DNA of 64,000 nucleotides. It comes from Neoechinorhynchus agilis (lineage: Eukaryota > Animalia > Acanthocephala). The notes under the pieces are model-generated. The model made no database searches. It worked only from the letters and a program-made list of their open reading frames with translations, and was not told the DNA's origin. Where the stretch lies: positions 2,390,797 to 2,454,796 of the forward strand of contig CM121342.1 in NCBI GenBank assembly GCA_051530055.1, written 5' to 3'. Below are positions 14,201 through 25,924 of the stretch, piece by piece. Every line of letters begins with the position of its first letter. Position 1 is the first letter of the stretch. The position numbers and the translations under genes are program-made.

Positions 14201-14947
14201 AACGACCTCTCAGGTGAGAGAACAGTTTAGAGAAATGTTGTAGTTATATTATCAATAGGGAAATCTTTAGTAGGGTACTTCAACTTTCTATGATCCTTAA
14301 CAATGTTAAAAAACATGGAATTACAATAGAAAGGAGCTTTAACCACAATGTAAAATATTCTTTTAGCAATCTCGGTAACGGTTGCTTTAGTCTACCATTC
14401 ACCCTCATTCCTTTTTTACTTTTTGAACAACCGAAACATGAATTCGTATTTAAGCGATGATGGGATGTCCTGATTAGCCCGTAACTTCTAGAAATCGTCA
14501 AAAATTAAACGAATATTAACTTGTTTAAGCCACTTCGAGTCAGCGGATTGTTCAACCATCCTCAATTTTTGTAAAAAATGATTTTAGATGCGGTCAACAC
14601 TGTTTTATTAATGATGCTGCCAAAGAGTGAATATTAAAATGTGCATTTTTATATTTCAGAATGATTAGAAAAAAGCATATTTTCATAAGTTAAACATAAA
14701 AAAATTACCTGTACAAGAATGCAAAAAATGGAAATAATTTTATGCTCTACAATTTTGCCTCTTGTAGAAAAGAAAATGCGCCATTAAAGTTGTAGATTTA
14801 ACACTATATTTTGCGCATAGAAACAATAAAAACAAATAGGCTTGAGATTTTGGTTTGATTTGAGAACTTTAGATACAAAAGCTCGGTTTTAAAAGTGCCA
14901 ACGAGCTTTAAATTAATTCTTGATTGTAGTTTGCTGAAAACAATAGA

Positions 14948-15143
14948 TTTTATTAAAGACGTTTCGAACCTCGACGGGCTCATCATCAGTTTGTTTGTTA
15001 GTAATAAAACAATAATTCCAAAAAACAAAATTATGATGAATCCGACGAGGTTCGAAACGTTTTTAATAAATAATCATTTACTGCGGGTGTAGACCTAAAC
15101 GATAATTCCAATCACATTCCCCTGTACCTCACATATCGACATT
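14948..15143. ncRNA. Divergent pair of type I hammerhead-like motifs (intact copy on minus strand, 14948-15009)
   Basis: Minus strand reads ttttatt..aaa CTGATGA T GAGCC cgtcga GGTTC GAAAC GTC ttt aataaaa, giving core, stem II and a bulged stem I. The plus copy from ~15030 has a degenerate core. Confidence 0.7.
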
Positions 15144-15659
15144 TTAACAGATTTTAGTTGCTATCGTTTTTTATCGTTTAGTTGTTTCAAAACTATACGA
15201 CAATGCTATCACCATAACCAATTTTAAAACAAGAAATTTTTGGCGACAAATAGTAACTTTTGTTAAAGACGAATTCTTAAACATTTCTGAATTTAGTACT
15301 TTAATTTTTGAGACATGCCTTCGCCTACGGAGTCGACGATTCCTGGTTTCCGAATCATAACGAAAAAATCATTTGGTGTGCGATGTGACAAATTTTGTAT
15401 GAATTTTTAGATAGAATTGATAAAATGACTCTGATTCAATCAGTCGAAATATTGTCTTTAACGCGATCCCCCTCTCCGGTTTTTGACAACCGACCCAAAC
15501 AACAATATCCCTAACCATCCGAATGCAATGCTCAATAACGTTGTATGTGGTCATTGGTTCCAACATTCATTTCATATACATTTCTTCGCTTTTCTGATCG
15601 TCTCAAAGAAATTCGTCCTTCTTTTGTCCGTTCCATTTACCAGTCTACTAGGATAATTT

Positions 15660-15990
15660 CGAGCATAAATAACTATCGAGTTTCGTGAAACGACTAAGAA
15701 TTACGTTCTGATTGCCAACAGACGAGACCATGGCGTCCTGGCTCCGCAATGGCAACGACCAACAGAAGCAATTGGGATAGCGTTGAGCCGAGTATCCGTT
15801 TCTATTGCCGAGATTGAAGCCAATCGAGTTCATTTCACCAAGTCACGAGAATCTGAAATTAAAGAGTTTTAAATTCTCGCTACCACGAGTGAATCCGAAA
15901 CTGATTGTTTGCAACCATTTAAGGGTACTTGTTCGCTACCGGAATCTCCACATGAAAGATTAACATCATCCAATTATTCGTAATCCGCTC
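15660..15990 (-). mobile_element. CRE-clade retrotransposon remnant, internally deleted
   Basis: Translates to SGSEQVPLNGCKQ..., RLNAIPIASVG fused directly to RCHCGA..GRHGLVC; homologous to 46360-46800 and 58035-59255. Confidence 0.75.
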
Positions 15991-16291
15991 AATTTCTTAA
16001 AAACTTCATACTCTCGTTTTAGATTAGCGATGAGGAAATCAACGAAATGAGTTGAAATATGAAAATCTGCTGAACAAAAAGAGACAAAGAAAAGAAAGAC
16101 CTCTCAATGTAAACCTAGTGAGCTCGAGAAAGGTTTTAGTTCTTACAACTTTGACCTTCGGGACAAAAGCCACAAACGGCGCGTTTTAACTTTTATTAAA
16201 GCAAATCGACGGCCCAAATCGATTTAGTTTCTTAATTTAACCAAAACTTTATTGACTTTTAAACTAGTTTTAAAGCTATCGTGTAACAGCA

Positions 16292-17263
16292 TCATGCTAC
16301 GATGGAAAATCTGACACCAATTGATGCTTTTAAGCCATTGTCATGTACGAAATTACGATACGGGAATTGCTTTCGATTGGAGTATTTTGCTTTCGTTTCC
16401 TCAACATTCACATTTCCTTTAGTTTGAATCAAGGTAACCATTACGTACTCACGAGATCCCGTCAAATGAGTTGGTCCAATATAAGGCAACACAACTTGCC
16501 CTCCATTTTCCCGAATATTCATTATCAGAAAGTTCACAAAAGGAATATCTCCATTATTGCCGTCCTCTGAACCAGTATCAATCATTATGAACGTTGTGAT
16601 TTGAGACGAAGATTGAGTTCCTGGAGAAGGCTGCGTGGATGCTTGTTCTATTGAAATCTTAATCTCAGAATTTACGTATATTTCATCGAATTTCGCCATT
16701 GATCCAAAAGCTGCAGTTTGGCAGCTGTGTTCTAAAATCATCTCTAGATCAAATTCCTTCTGAGATGCATTGTTTGCACTTGCCAGCTCATGAACCAAAT
16801 TTTCTATCTTATTAATTGCCATTCCTGATTCATCAGCCATATCATCTTCGTCATTAACTGGCATTATGGCTCCCGGCGAAAGCTCTAACTTTTTAAACTC
16901 TATCTTAGGTTCTCCTAGTCCAGATTCCATCTTTTTGACACCGGGCATAGCTTTATCATTTGGTACGACCACAATTATTGGTTTCTCACTATTCTCCGGT
17001 TTATGGATCATTAACCTAAGCAGTGATAAATTATCCTCATCCTTTATTTCGCTAAGTCCTTCCGCTTGTCTTTGCGCTCTCAAGAACTTTTGTCTCTCGA
17101 CTCGGTCCCCAACTATCTGGTGGTAACGTTTACTACTGATCGCCATCGAGACTTTATACCCAATGTAAAAAGGCCCGGAAATTAACAGTAATAAAAAATC
17201 CATTCGACTAGACTGCTTTACGGGCGATTGGGGAAAGACGAGTTGGAAACATGAGCCGAACAC
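16292..17263 (-). CDS. Divergent PEBP/RKIP-like protein with an N-terminal extension
   Basis: The C-terminal ~120 aa follow the PEBP pattern (FIMID..., NFLIMNI, YIGP...G.REYV...LIQ), but the DPDxP and GxHR motifs are altered. The likely start is the internal MDFLLLL. Confidence 0.6.
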   Translation of the reverse strand: MFGSCFQLVFPQSPVKQSSRMDFLLLLISGPFYIGYKVSMAISSKRYHQIVGDRVERQKFLRAQRQAEGLSEIKDEDNLSLLRLMIHKPENSEKPIIVVVPNDKAMPGVKKMESGLGEPKIEFKKLELSPGAIMPVNDEDDMADESGMAINKIENLVHELASANNASQKEFDLEMILEHSCQTAAFGSMAKFDEIYVNSEIKISIEQASTQPSPGTQSSSQITTFIMIDTGSEDGNNGDIPFVNFLIMNIRENGGQVVLPYIGPTHLTGSREYVMVTLIQTKGNVNVEETKAKYSNRKQFPYRNFVHDNGLKASIGVRFSIVA

Positions 17264-17565
17264 AATTTAAACACCAATGGAACCGTGACTGCTAAAACAA
17301 TGGCAGTTGTTGAACCATCTCGTCAAAATGCTTCTTGCTTTCATTTGAACGAATCAGATGCAGTAAATGAACTATTACTCATCGTGATTTCTTCTTTGAT
17401 ATAATTTTTGAAGAACATTGGTTGTTTTCAAGCTGGACGTAACAAAAAACCGACCTATACGGCGATCATTGATTTCGATTTTTAATAACACTCATTTTGA
17501 ACTAAGCAAAATGATCAAACCTAAAACTAAAATTATGGAAAGCCTCTTTTCCCAACACCCTCATG

Positions 17566-18111
17566 TTTATTCCAGATTTATTATCGAACGGAAAATGGGT
17601 GTTTTATTTGTTTATTGCTTAAAGCAAAGATGATCGCAGTCGAAATTCCCGCTGGAACTTTGACATCTGCCCAGAAGGATGTCCTGTCGAGAGGACCGGC
17701 ATTTGTTCCAAGACGTAAGTTCGCGGAACGAGAAACCTTTCAGCTTCAGATTGACGTTGCGAGGCTAGCCTATCAACTATGTTGGAAATCAAACAAGGAG
17801 AGATATGAACGATCGCTTCCTACTGCAACTGGGATGTCCGATCCGGTGGATCTCTCGATTGCCGAAGCGCTATGCATTAATCGTGAGAAAGTTGTGGGAT
17901 TGAGCGGGGTTACGAGCAGCAAGGACGGACACAACGAGGCAGAGGGGATGCTCAATAAGAGGGATGAGCTGACGGACAGCGTTGCCCTCCTCTGATTCCC
18001 TTTTCAGATAACCGAAGGAAAGCTTCCTGACGAAGACGCAAGGCGTCGAAAATTTGAAGCAATAAACAAATAAAACACCCATTTTCCGTTCGATAATAAA
18101 TCTGGAATAAA
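17566..18111. mobile_element. Penelope-like N-terminal fragment enclosed by 55-bp inverted repeats
   Basis: Perfect IR at 17566-17620 and 18057-18111. The interior encodes LTSAQKDVLSRGPAFVP, resembling a PLE N-terminal motif. Confidence 0.6.
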
Positions 18112-19517
18112 ACCTAAAACAAAAAGACGTTTTTAATATTAGAAATAAATTCTATTAGAATAAAGCTTCTCTGCTGTAAACTACGAAATATTAAAAAGCT
18201 CAGAAATTATTCTTAATGGAAATGGACCAATACGGCGATCATTGATTTCGATTTTTTAAATAAACTGCATTGATTGTAGAGCAAAAACGTTAATAGCGAA
18301 CTTAATTAAACGATTTCGAACAATGCAAAAGGTAAAAAAGTTTTCTTTTAAAGCTACTGAATTTTCGATTTGATGTACCATCCCAGTTCTGATTTTGGTA
18401 TTAAAGTATTCTTCGATTTAAAAAAAGTCCATTTAAAAGTTGTTACGATTGAGTTTTTTAATGGGTGCAAAAAAACTGAGTCCATTCGTTCAATGAAAAC
18501 AATTTTTTTAATTCTTTTTGAAGTCATTAAATAAAAAAAGCCAGAAATAAACCGATTTACAATCAATCACATAAAATAATGAAAATTCTCGAAAGAATTA
18601 CTTTCTTCGTCTTTGTACCTGTGATAATTTATAAAATTCATCTTTTGAATATTGAAACAGTTTGCGCACGATTTCTTGTGTAATTAAACTCTTGTAAATT
18701 GTTGTTATATCACTTCGTTTTGTTTTTTTTATTAAAAAGCTCCATAATAACTTAATTTATTTTGAGTTGGAAAAATGTTCCCTAAAAATCCTTTATCCGT
18801 TTGATTTGTTCGTTTTAAAATCATATAATCGATAATTATTTAATTGTTCTGCGATTTCGTCTTCTGTCATTAAAATGCTTAATAAAATGATTTTTTGCAA
18901 TTTCTTCAAATTTAATTCGTCATTTTTCGCTTTGAACACCCAAAAGAGTTTTCGCTGGCAATAAATCAGTCAAAATTTATTGTTTTAAGGCTTTAAAGCG
19001 CTCCATCATCCACCGGGCCGACTCTTTTTATGCCGTTTTGTGGACCAAAGACCGATTGAAATCAAAAAAATCGTTCAAATAATTTCTTGTTCAACGAATT
19101 TAGAAGAACACGAATGAAATCGTTAAACATTTAATTATTTTCCATTATGTTCAATCGATATTGTTTTTTCTTTGAAATTAAATTGTGAGACGTATTGATA
19201 TTTCAAAAACAAACAATACGGAATTTCCGTATTTCCACCCAAATGAAATTTTATTCTTCAAAGATTTTGGTCTCGCAATTCTTAGTAATTACACTGATCA
19301 ACTCCCGCTCGTTCACGCATCAGCTAAGTTTTCCGATTTGTTAGAAATTCTAAAGGAAGTATTCATGGAAATACGAATCTCACAATCTAATTCTGGATAC
19401 GATTAAGTCTATGGCCAATGGAACAATATCGAAATTGACCACCTTAACGTTCATGGATGTTCAATTCAAAAATACAGTTTATTTCAAAAGGCGACCGTAG
19501 TCTTTTAAGTTTCAGAT

Positions 19518-19919
19518 ATGTCTAATCAACTGTTTCAATTGATGTCCCGATCATTTGGAACACTTGGACCGCTTACATTAAAAACTCGGCTTTTAAGTGG
19601 TTTGGCAGGCGAAAAACCACTTCCACTCGACGATTGGAAAACTAAAGAGGACGTAGTAGAGAAAGTAGTTTCCGTTTGCAATGAGTTTGACAGAATTAAG
19701 GAATGTGAGCGTTTCGGTCAAGTGAAAATAACAGGCGAAACTGATTTGCAGTCAGAGCTGAGAATGGATTCTTTGGACCATATAGAGCTGATTGTTAAGA
19801 TTGAAGATGCTTTTGGAATCGATATTAAGGATGAAAAATTCGATACCCTTAGAAGACCCGTCGATTTCGCTAGTGAGGTATGGAGTGCCCGTGAAAAACT
19901 GCTTAGACAACCGAGATGA
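19518..19919 (+). CDS. NDUFAB1: Mitochondrial acyl carrier protein
   Basis: Presequence-like N-terminus; DL.MDSLDHIELIVKIEDAFGIDI contains the phosphopantetheine Ser (DSL). Confidence 0.88.
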   Translation: MSNQLFQLMSRSFGTLGPLTLKTRLLSGLAGEKPLPLDDWKTKEDVVEKVVSVCNEFDRIKECERFGQVKITGETDLQSELRMDSLDHIELIVKIEDAFGIDIKDEKFDTLRRPVDFASEVWSAREKLLRQPR

Positions 19920-20353
19920 TTAAATTTAATTTTATGAAGGATTTAAAATCATTGCAAATGATACCGCAAATACGCTTAAATTCTGAAATATTAGCTAGTC
20001 ATTTTCGTAATCAATCAAATGGTCAAAAACTTTCACGATCTCGGCCGATTGATCTTTTGAGATATCGTCTTTCTTTTCATTTTAAATCGAGTCTATTATA
20101 GAACGAGATTCTCTGCATTCGAATTAATGGTTAATTTTTGAATATGAAACAAAATAAATGTTCATTTTATCAAAGAAATTAAAGGATGTGCACAATGCTA
20201 TAATTTAAATTGAGTGCGTAGCTTTCATTTAAAAGTTAACTAAAACGGAGAATTTGAGGAAAATTGAATTTTTGTAATAACTTTAATATATTTTCAGAAC
20301 TTGGAATCTAATTAATTTTACATATCAAGAAGATTCTTCGGTATGGTAAGTAC

Positions 20354-20540
20354 TGAATGGTTTTTCAACATAATCCCAAGTTTCAAGATTCCTTTATTAT
20401 TATGAAATATTTCGAAAGAAGAAACCTCGCCTCATCAGTCATTCTTAGCCATTAAAAGACGCTGCGAGGTTTCCTCTTTCGAAATATTTCATAATAATAA
20501 AGGAATCTTGAACCTGGGGATTATGTTGAAAAACCATTCA
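20354..20540. repeat. Long near-perfect inverted repeat (77-bp arms, 33-nt spacer)
   Basis: 20354-20430 is the reverse complement of 20464-20540 with few mismatches. A single arm recurs at ~38710-38772. Confidence 0.85.
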
Positions 20541-20639
20541 ATAATTTTTACATTGTTTTTAAGGCAGTCAAAAAACCTGAGTTTCTAAAATCAAAGGACC
20601 AAAAGTTCACATTATTCACTATGAAATCGTTTGAACTCT

Positions 20640-20730
20640 TAATTTGTCGATATGTGAGGTGCCGGGAATGTGACTGAAATTATTGTTTAGGTCTATCCGA
20701 CGAGGTTCGCAAAACAATAATTCCGAAGCG
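20640..20730. repeat. Rearranged member of the hammerhead-bearing repeat family
   Basis: The inverted 3' region is joined to the forward ccgacgaggttcgcaaaacaataattcc segment. Confidence 0.6.
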
Positions 20731-21229
20731 TATTCTATAAAGATTTATAGCTCAGGTTGAAGATTGAAGAAAAACCTTTTTTAATATATTATTTAATTTC
20801 TTTACTTCTCGAGCATCCAATTTCAACTAGATTTATGCTATCGGTTTTATTTTAAATGAAGAAAATCTATAACTATCGGAAATTTATACATCATAGCACT
20901 ACTGATTATTTTCTTGTTTTTTATATCCATACTTGTCGATTTCCAGTACATTCTTCATTGTTTCCTTGTTGGCAACTTAAGCTACAATCGAGTAACGCTT
21001 GTTTCTTTGTTAGTGTTTGCATTTATAGTAAATATCTTTTTTTGCGGTTGGATTTAACGCCTTCAATGCAAGATCTTTTGGAATTTCTATATAGCAATCG
21101 CTTCAATAAAAACTTTTCACTCGATGCGTTTAAAAAAGCGAGATCAAAGACTAAAAATCAATTAAAAAAGAATCATTGAAAATATCTTGACTTTATAAAT
21201 TCTCACTGCGTTTAACTCAGATACAGCAA

Positions 21230-21997
21230 TCACAATTGAGAACAATCAGTTTCAACGTAACTTGAATTTTGATCATTTACCTCACCCGAGTCTACTTCGA
21301 GGGGCATTCGTGACATTTTCTCAATCTTATCAGTGTCATCAACGGTCTCAATGGTTTTGCTATTTGTAGATTGAAGTCCAAGTAAAGTCTGCACAGGTTC
21401 CTCAATGCTTGATCTACATGATTCTCGTGATTTTTTCCGCTGTATGGTCAATCGATTCATGAGCTTAACAAACTCATCGAAATCAATAAGTCGGTCGTTG
21501 TTTGTATCGGCCATATCGATCATTTTATCAATCTGTTCGTCACTAAGAAGCGTCCCAGTCTGCGCCATTCGATCTCTCATTTCCTTAGCAGTAACGGTTC
21601 CGTCGCCGTTAGCATCCAAGTAGCTAAAAATTTCTTTATAGTGCTCAATTTTGTTGATTTGTGAACGCGTTCGATTGACGGGCTGACGCTTTTTCTTGTC
21701 TTCGACGGTAGAGGGCGGCATTCTTATTGATTTTGACTCAATTTCAGAACAGAACTGCTCGAAGGTCAATTTTCGTGGGCGAAATTTAGAAATCAACGAC
21801 TTTGTACGGGGAATCTTAACTCCTCGTTCCTTGAGAAACTTTAGCATTTCTTTTTGACTCACATATCCGTCCTTGTTTATATCGGCGCTGTCGAAGGTTT
21901 CCTTTAGCATACGACGACTCGGCGTCAATGCTTCATGAACCTCTTGATCGCTGCACTCGTCTTCCAATTGTGAACCCGACGGAACTTCTAGATTCAT
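21230..21997 (-). CDS. Calmodulin-like EF-hand protein
   Basis: EF loops DINKDGYVSQKE, DANGDGTVTAKE and DTNNDRLIDFDE; the second hand is degenerate; low-complexity tails. Confidence 0.88.
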   Translation of the reverse strand: MNLEVPSGSQLEDECSDQEVHEALTPSRRMLKETFDSADINKDGYVSQKEMLKFLKERGVKIPRTKSLISKFRPRKLTFEQFCSEIESKSIRMPPSTVEDKKKRQPVNRTRSQINKIEHYKEIFSYLDANGDGTVTAKEMRDRMAQTGTLLSDEQIDKMIDMADTNNDRLIDFDEFVKLMNRLTIQRKKSRESCRSSIEEPVQTLLGLQSTNSKTIETVDDTDKIEKMSRMPLEVDSGEVNDQNSSYVETDCSQL

Positions 21998-22502
21998 CTA
22001 ATAAAAGCAGTGGCTAACCGCACGTTTAAAGGAACAACATAGTAAGACTCGATGAAATCGCCCCCGATTGGCTTATTTTTGAAATTTCGATTTTAACGAG
22101 ATCTTTTCTTTGGATAACGGACTGTTTAAAGTGTCACGAAGCAGTGTATTTCTCAAGTTCCCTCTCGATGATTCACATTTGTGCACGCCGCATTTCGAAT
22201 ATAAAATACGTCTTTTCGTTAAAGTTTAACTACCGCCGCCCCCCTTCATTTTCTAGAAACGCACAAGAGTTTTAGAGGTGTGAGCAACGTTGGCTTTTCT
22301 CGCTAGAGAAACGTAAACACATTTAGCGTGTAATTAAAAGTCCAATATATTGAAATCTCACGATTTAAGAAACATCTTAACAAAATTAATTTAAGAGCAG
22401 GATAACAAAATTCAAAGTCGGTTATACATGATTTATCGTCTTTAAACACACGCACAAGAACGACACTAATAGATGGACGCAGATACACTAATCGATTAAT
22501 GT

Positions 22503-24633
22503 TCAATCACGGCTACACTTAATACAAGACTCGTATACTGTCCCATTCGCAAGGGAATTTGAGGTCGCTGTAGTCTCATCCACAAAGTCAGAATCGTCAA
22601 CGGAACCAACTGGAAGTTGTGCCAGTGGGCTTACTCCGGTCCCGACGGTCTCCTCCGTCGTCGAAGCATCCCTAAACAGAAATAGTTGCACAAAGTCTTT
22701 ATTGTGAGTAGTACTCACTTTACATCCAGCTTTAATGAGTGTATTTGCTCAAGTTTACACGATCTTTCAACGCTATTGAACTCGTTCAAATACTCGATTA
22801 CGTCTTCAGCGGCAAGATCGTCTGAGGAATTCGAGTTTGATGGGCCGCCATTCTCTGAAGATCTTCTTAGCAGCAGAATTGGAATTATTCCATAGGTGTA
22901 AGTCAACATTAAAGGAATGCAGACGGCTAAAAGAGAAGACGAGTTCAGCTTTTGATTAGATTGGGTTTTTTCATAATGCTTCTAGCGAACATTTTAACGT
23001 GTCTGTCTGAAAAGCAAGTCTTTAAAGTCACGTAGATTTCTATGATTGTCTTCAAAATTCCGCGTAAATAAAAACTTGGGAAATTTTACAACGTTTTAAT
23101 TTGACCGTCGCTGCTTCCAGCAATTCGCTTTTTGAAACAATGGCAAAAAGTCCTAATATTTAAATGTCGATATGTTAGGAAGTTTCGAACCTCGTCGTCG
23201 GGGGGGTGTTCATCATCAGTTTGTTAGTTAGTAACAGAGGCTGATGAACTCCTTAAGAGGTTCGCAGAACGTCTTGAATAAGAAATCATTTACCGGTGTG
23301 TAAACTTTTGTAAACAACAATTCCTAGTATTTAAAAATTGATATGGTAAACTATAATTCAGGAGCGGAAGATTCAAACTCACCAACAGCAACCGCCGCGA
23401 TTGCAGGTGATGCCAGTGCAGCTCCACAGGCTGTCGCAGTCACAATACAAGATCTGAATCGGTTCTTTTTAAGTTTCTTATATACCTTTAAAGTCAAAAG
23501 ATGATTAAAAAGCTGGGCCATAAAGTGGCTCTCACCTTTCTAGCCGTGAAAAAGGGCAGTCCAACGATAATGGTCGGAATTGAGACACAAGCAAGGACAA
23601 CAAACGCGACAGGTGCTCCCAACAGAGCCATACACTGCCAAATAATCTTCTTTCTTCGGCTCCATCGTTTCCTTCCCCAGAAAGTGCAACCAGTAGGACT
23701 GAGGAAATGAAGATCACTAATGACTTTATTACAAAGCCAACAGAATTCAGTGTTGCACATTGAGCAGGTCATGTGATTGCATGAGCCATCTTCCATTTTC
23801 ATGATAGGAACCGAACAGTTAGGACATCGTTTCATCAACATAAATCCGGGTTTTATAGTCTTTTTACCATTGCTGCCGTCGTGTCTCCTCCGTTTTGATC
23901 GGTTTTCATACATTTCCTGCTGATGGCAGATCTTATTTGGATGCCAGTGCTTCTTACAGAAGTAGCAGAACGAAGTGTTACAATAGGGTCGAAGGCAATG
24001 GATGATTGGACAACTTGGCGATCCAATGACAGCGTAATGGCAGTCTGGAGCTGGACACCATCGAGTATCCTGGATACTTTGAAGCACTCGCCGAACCATA
24101 AATTGCTCATACTTATTCACAAACTCTTTACCGTCGCCATAAACACCGCCAACCAGTTCGATGTTGCTATCGTCGGAATTGGTGAGTAGAATTCGGTAAA
24201 TGTCACTTGGATGAATCTGTTGGTCGCATTCAGGAAGTGGGCATTCCATCAGAACTCGACTTTCTGAAATGGACATCTTCATCATCGTGAATAGGCATTC
24301 TTTACAGAACTTATGCCCACATGAGTGCCGAAGACATTCTACGTTAGAGCTTTTGCTCAAGCACAATCGACATGTGATGTAGTTTTTGTGTTGATTTGAC
24401 TTGGAAATCGCCGGCTTTGTTTGTTGGGGTCGCGAAAGTAGTGGTTCACCTTCATTGGTACCGGTGGTCGTCGCTGAGCTCATGTGGTGGTGATGGTGGT
24501 GGTGAAGGCGATGCCGGCGTTTGGACAAACGTTGACGCCGATTTAAACGAGGACTTGTCCGTCGCATCGACAATGGTGAATCCAAAGATCGATTACTTGA
24601 TGATCCACACACTAGCTCAAATATAGAGGACAT
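22503..24633 (-). CDS. RNF19: RBR E3 ubiquitin ligase, RNF19/Dorfin type, 4 exons
   Basis: RING1 (CRLC..CGHKFCKEC), IBR (WCPAPDC) and RING2 (KRCPNC..IMKMEDGSCNHMTCSMCNTEFCWLC), SPTGCTFWGRKRWSR, two TM helices. Exons 24633-23536, 23485-23383, 22926-22719, 22671-22503 with GT-AG introns of 50, 456 and 47 nt. Confidence 0.92.
23161..23325. ncRNA. Divergent pair of hammerhead-like motifs inside RNF19 intron 2
   Basis: Minus copy CTGATGATGAAC..GAGGTTCGAAAC (23180-23233). Plus copy CTGATGAACTCC..GAGGTTCGCAGAACGTC (from 23241). Confidence 0.55.
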
Positions 24634-25924
24634 GTGCACGTGTGAAGCTTCTCGATATCCGGTGATTGGCTTTATCGATCTAATATCACGAGATAGATAT
24701 CTACAACTTTACGGAGGTAAAAAGAAGACGAACGGCATTTGACGCTCATAATTCTTTTATTTAGGATTATTTATTGTACATTGACAAAAAACACACCGCG
24801 CTTACGAGGTTCAAAAGCAGTCGCGACTTTTTCTTTGTAAGAGATTCGCGACTTTTTTAAGCTGGTTGTCAGGCTCGTCAATGTGGCACCCTCCTATCAA
24901 GTCTGCTTAAGCTCACGAATGTGAACAAGACTGCCGAAAAAGCGGCGAAGACGAAAATAATCTTAATGTGGTAAAACACCGAGTTTAAAAAAAGAGAGAT
25001 TAGATAACAAATTTGAAAGCTTAACTGTCGATTAAATAAAAGCAGAAAATAGATCAGACTGAAAATATTCTTTAAATTTTGTTCATGTCAAACGGTTAAA
25101 ATAGGATGACTTTTATTTTTTATTTATCAAAATTTTTTAGGGTATAAATTTAAAATTGTGACTACCTCGCCTTATCAATCATTGTAAAATCTAATTGAAG
25201 TACCACCTCGATGGATTTTCTCGATATGAATAACTTCAAAAAAGCGGTTGTTAAAAGATATAAAAAAAGTTTATAAAAAGAAATTTTTTGGGAGCATAAT
25301 AACTCCAAAAAATCCGCCACTGATTTTTACAGATATGTATATTGCAAGAATGCAAAATATTGAAGAAAATAATTCTTCATATTAATAATAAAGGACGTTT
25401 CACCCGCAGTTTTCACTTACTGGTAAATAAGCGAAATTCAAAACAGCAAAAATCTTTTGATTTGTTCAGTAAAAAGCCACAAAACCCCGTCGCCACTGAC
25501 TCACAATCTCCGCTCCGTCAGCTTGCACGTCTGAAATGTAAATTAGAGCACGGTGACGAATAAACTGGAGAATGTGAGTCACATGAAATAGCGCCGAAAA
25601 GATACACGGGATAATTCATGTGAGCTTATTTTTTGCGTAGTTGGTTCTTCACACAGTTATAAAACAAAAAAATAGGCAGTTTCATTGTAAGAAGTTTATA
25701 ACAATTGGTAGACAAACGCTGTGTCGAATAACCATGCACAAATCAACTAAAAACGTTATGAATTTCGACAAGATACCTGGTGAAGTCTTAAAAAACTATT
25801 AACTCGTTCCTTTACGGTACAAATTTAGAATGTTTTATATTACCAAATAAGCGTAGACAAAATAGAAACGATTATCGTTGCGGCAAATGACTTTTTGGGC
25901 TATTAATACATTATAGTTGCCGTA

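Noticed and set aside
15925-15946. 28S rRNA-like 20-mer (ccggtagcgaacaagtacc, minus strand)
   Set aside because: It encodes SGSEQVP of the CRE ORF (the same peptide occurs at ~46490); chance similarity.
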